This document shows positions 60,670 to 64,000 of a stretch of 64,000 bases of DNA, piece by piece (position 1 is the stretch's first letter; the number at the start of each line of letters is the position of its first letter). Below the pieces are notes generated by a model. That model saw nothing but the letters and a program-made list of their open reading frames with translations. It did no database searches and had not been told where the DNA came from. Origin of the DNA: Squalus acanthias. Its lineage: Eukaryota. A program made the translations under genes and the position numbers. The stretch covers positions 57,290,001 to 57,354,000 of the forward strand of contig CM059432.1 in assembly GCA_030390025.1 (NCBI GenBank), written 5' to 3'.

Positions 60670-63600
60670 CATATTTACTTATCACTTTGCTAGCGAAATT
60701 GGCACACAATACCCGTCAAAGGCAGGCCATCAGAGGGGGCTGCTGCATCTTCAAACATTTCGCCTCCTTCGAGAACCAGGTCAGGCAGCTTGTGGGGAGG
60801 CACTCAGCTCTTGCCATGGGAGATGCTGAGGTTGGCGGCACCTTGCTGCGCCAGGTTACTGACTGAGCAGCTGCACAGTCACTCTACCATCACACGGCCA
60901 CAACTTTTCATCCCTTTCTCCGTCTTCTTAATCCCAAGAGGGTTATGCTAACCTATTCTTATTTTCTGCCCTCCCTTCCTGCACCATACCAGCAGAATAT
61001 GGGTGATGAGATCAGTCGCCCAGGCGCATCCTTCAGAATTGCAGCCAGTAGTGGCTCCCTGCCAGGAGCCAGCTGCCGTGAGACAAAGGCCACATCAGTC
61101 CCATGACTCTTCTATGGAGCACGAGGAGCCTGCCACTTCCTACAATCTTGTCCTCAGGCGGCACCTAGAATAAGCATGAAAATAGGTGCTGATAGGGAAT
61201 GCCATACCTCCTCCAGAGTAGCCCTGGTGTTGGGTGAGGTGGGCGGGAGTGAGGGGGGGAGGGGCGGTTGTGGGGTGTGCAAAAATTTTCTAAGAGGCAA
61301 TCAGAAGCAAGTGCAGGTGTCTGTAGGCAGAATGCAAAAAGATTATATCTTAGAAAGTGTTTTCTACCTTCCATAATCTCCAATAAAAGATCTGCAGGCT
61401 CTTCTCTGTCAGGAACTCTTTATTTCTGCCTTGAACAGCTAATTCCGACAGCTGCTGCGCTTAATGGAAACAGGTGTAACCTACCTGAGTGCACTAGGGG
61501 GTGATTCCAGGAAACTCCCATTAGAGTGCCACTGGTTGACAGGCAGCTGTGTGTAAATGATGCCAATGATGACTAGTGGGTGGATCGCTGAATGGCTCCA
61601 GCATCGTGAAGAAACTCAGCCTTTTACAGATGCACCACTGCCAAAATGGCTTCCTCGCTGGAAAAATTGCCAATGTCATTCCAGCACCAGAAAAAGTGAA
61701 AAAAATGATAGCCAATGGTTTTTCACATGTAAGATAACATAATGGAAGCCAAGCGGGGAACTATAGCAGACTGTAATAATGGATGGAAATAACTGAGGCT
61801 TTGATGAATTAGATATTTGGTTTTAATTTTATTGAAAAATGTGTAAGGAGCCAGTGGCGGAAATTCCTAGAAATTTTCACAGGACCAAACTAATAGCTGA
61901 GAATTTAATTCATGTTATGCATTATGCATTGCAATTCTCTATGATAAATGAACTGATTGAAATGTTAATATAACACAGTGTGTAATTACATTTTTAAGTT
62001 CAAATAACTTAGAACACAATGCATTTGACATTCATAAAATTCTTTCCTCTATTAATGTCTCCCTGGGCCATGCACCATTCTTGAATGGAAAGAGGTGGGA
62101 GTAGGTGGTTTGTTCTCAAGCTTTGGCTAAATCACATAGAAAAATGCACGAGAGAAGCTTGAACTAAGACACTCATTGCTCATTTCTTGTCATGTTTCCC
62201 TGCGGACAAGTACCCCCCTCCACTTTTGCATTTCACTTGATAGTATCTGAAGTCAGGAGGAATTGCAGGCAAAAATTCATGTTCTATCAATATTGGAACA
62301 GAATCACATTGCACCTCTGTCTTGCCTTAATATTCGATTCAGCATGCAACAAGAAGTGTTTAAATCAGGGTTTTGATTATTTGGCCTAGGAAAGATTTCA
62401 GATTAATTTATATTATGATACTCCTATTAAGGTAAATTGAACTTGCAGAAGATTAAATCTATACAACACACCCTTTTTCTGGGACGGCGAATTAGATCTA
62501 GGTGAAGTGGCTGGGGAAAGAGTAGGGCCAATTGTAATTACTGGTGGAGAAAGGGCAGATGGTTTACTCTTGGGGGCAGGAAGCTCATAGCATTTCGAGG
62601 CCTAGGCCTCATTTCCATTCCACTGGTGATCAGCGGGTGCTAAATGGGTGCCCTGCTGCAACTTGCCTGTTCTGGGAGGGCATGAAATTAGCCGACTCCC
62701 ACACTGAGATAGCCAAGTCGGAGCCTGGGGGAGGCGAGGCGCTCCTAAGGGGGTCCCCTCATATGTGCCGGCAGCTGCCCAGAGTTATTTTGTAGGTGAT
62801 AAAGATAGATAAATCCTGGGCCGTTTATTAAGTGGCCTCCAGTAGTCCTTTTAATTAGGCTGCTTATCGTCCGGTACAAATGATGAGCGTGGTGCACGCC
62901 TTTATATCTCAAAATTGCAATCAGGGTCCTATGCACCTCATAGGACCCAGATTTGCACACTTTAATGAGGCACCTGGGCCAACCTGAAAATGGCAGCGGG
63001 CGTGATCAGAGCTGGAACTGGCAGTAGGTTTTGGGGCTACTACCGCCCCTTTCTGCTGGGTGGTCCGAGGTTAAAATGGCCTGAGTATTTCCTGCATACC
63101 ACAACAGTTCAGAACAAGCAGGTTTGTTAACACATACAAGAGAAGAAATTAGGAGTAATGTTAGAATGCTTTCTCCAGACAGAGCACATCATGGGGTCTG
63201 AGCTGAACAACCATGTAGGTGCCATGTGGGTGGTTTCTGATTTGAGGTAGCAGGCATGAAAAGCACCTCAACCATTTCAATCCCTGGAATCAGAGAGCTG
63301 GGAAAAGGTCAATGGTCAAGTCTTTGACTTCCTGTCTAGGGAACAGTCAGGTGTGGAAGATAGACACAGTGGTAGAGAACCTTCCCCATAAGTTTAGCAA
63401 TGATTTGTTTCAGAGATCTGCTAGCCAGTAATGTGCTCTTAGTTCACGAACAGGAATATTGTTGCATGCTTTCTATGTTATAAGGAACGTTACAAAATAG
63501 ATTGAAATTCAGTGTAAACTATATCCTTTCATTCATATATTATGTGTAAAAAAACACAGCAATTGGCCTCATGTCACCAGAGTGTTCATCAGTCCGCCTT

Positions 63601-63865
63601 CTGCAAGACAAGAGAAATGGACACAGGGGTATCTGCAAGATTCCAGCGTCCAGTTCACAAAAGAGGTTTCATTGTTACAACGCCAAGTCATGCTTTTGTG
63701 TGACTAGATATTGAGCAGTGAAGGTAAACTCCTGATCATGGGGATGTGGGATCCAGTTAGCGGAGAGAGAAGTGATAATGAACCTGAAATTTGTAAAAAA
63801 AAAGGCTAATTATTTAGGTGAACTAAATCTGACTACATCCTTCCTATAATATTTAAGAACATCAT

Positions 63866-64000
63866 CATAAGAACATAAGAACACAAGAAATAGGAGCCGG
63901 AGTAGGCCATATGGCCCCTCGAGCCTGCTCCGCCATTCAATAAGATCATGGCTGATCATCGACCTCAACTCCACTTTCCCGCCCGATCTCCACATCCGTT
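63866..64000 (-). mobile_element. CR1 3' tail (runs off the window)
   Basis: (CATAAGAA)n plus 3'UTR, very similar to 35590-35715. Confidence 0.85.

Overview
Repeat-dense vertebrate genomic DNA. The CR1, L2, Deu-SINE, LF-SINE-like, Harbinger and Penelope repertoire suggests a cartilaginous fish (inference). No host protein-coding exon could be supported. The main feature is a young 14.7-kb LTR provirus-like element on the minus strand (5430-20146): two 1634-bp LTRs with only 3 differences seen by eye, a GAGG target-site duplication (TSD), an 18-nt tRNA-Arg(TCG) primer-binding site (PBS) and no pol. It encodes (i) a coiled-coil plus CCHC Gag whose ATG overlaps the PBS; (ii) after a TGA-CTAG readthrough-type stop, an in-frame ORF carrying a diverged copy of the Gag coiled coil and acidic repeats where protease/RT should be; (iii) an envelope with a paramyxo/pneumovirus-F-like class I fusion layout (lokiretrovirus-like) plus an N-terminal immunoglobulin-like domain. 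The env is split by a full-length, ORF-intact CR1 LINE (10555-15143); removing it restores a continuous ~779-aa ORF. The element lies in a four-level nest of insertions. The rest of the window is nested Harbinger transposons and MITEs, LINE fragments, SINEs and a Penelope-type fold-back containing a minimal hammerhead ribozyme. Family assignments are by motif recognition only; no database searches were run.
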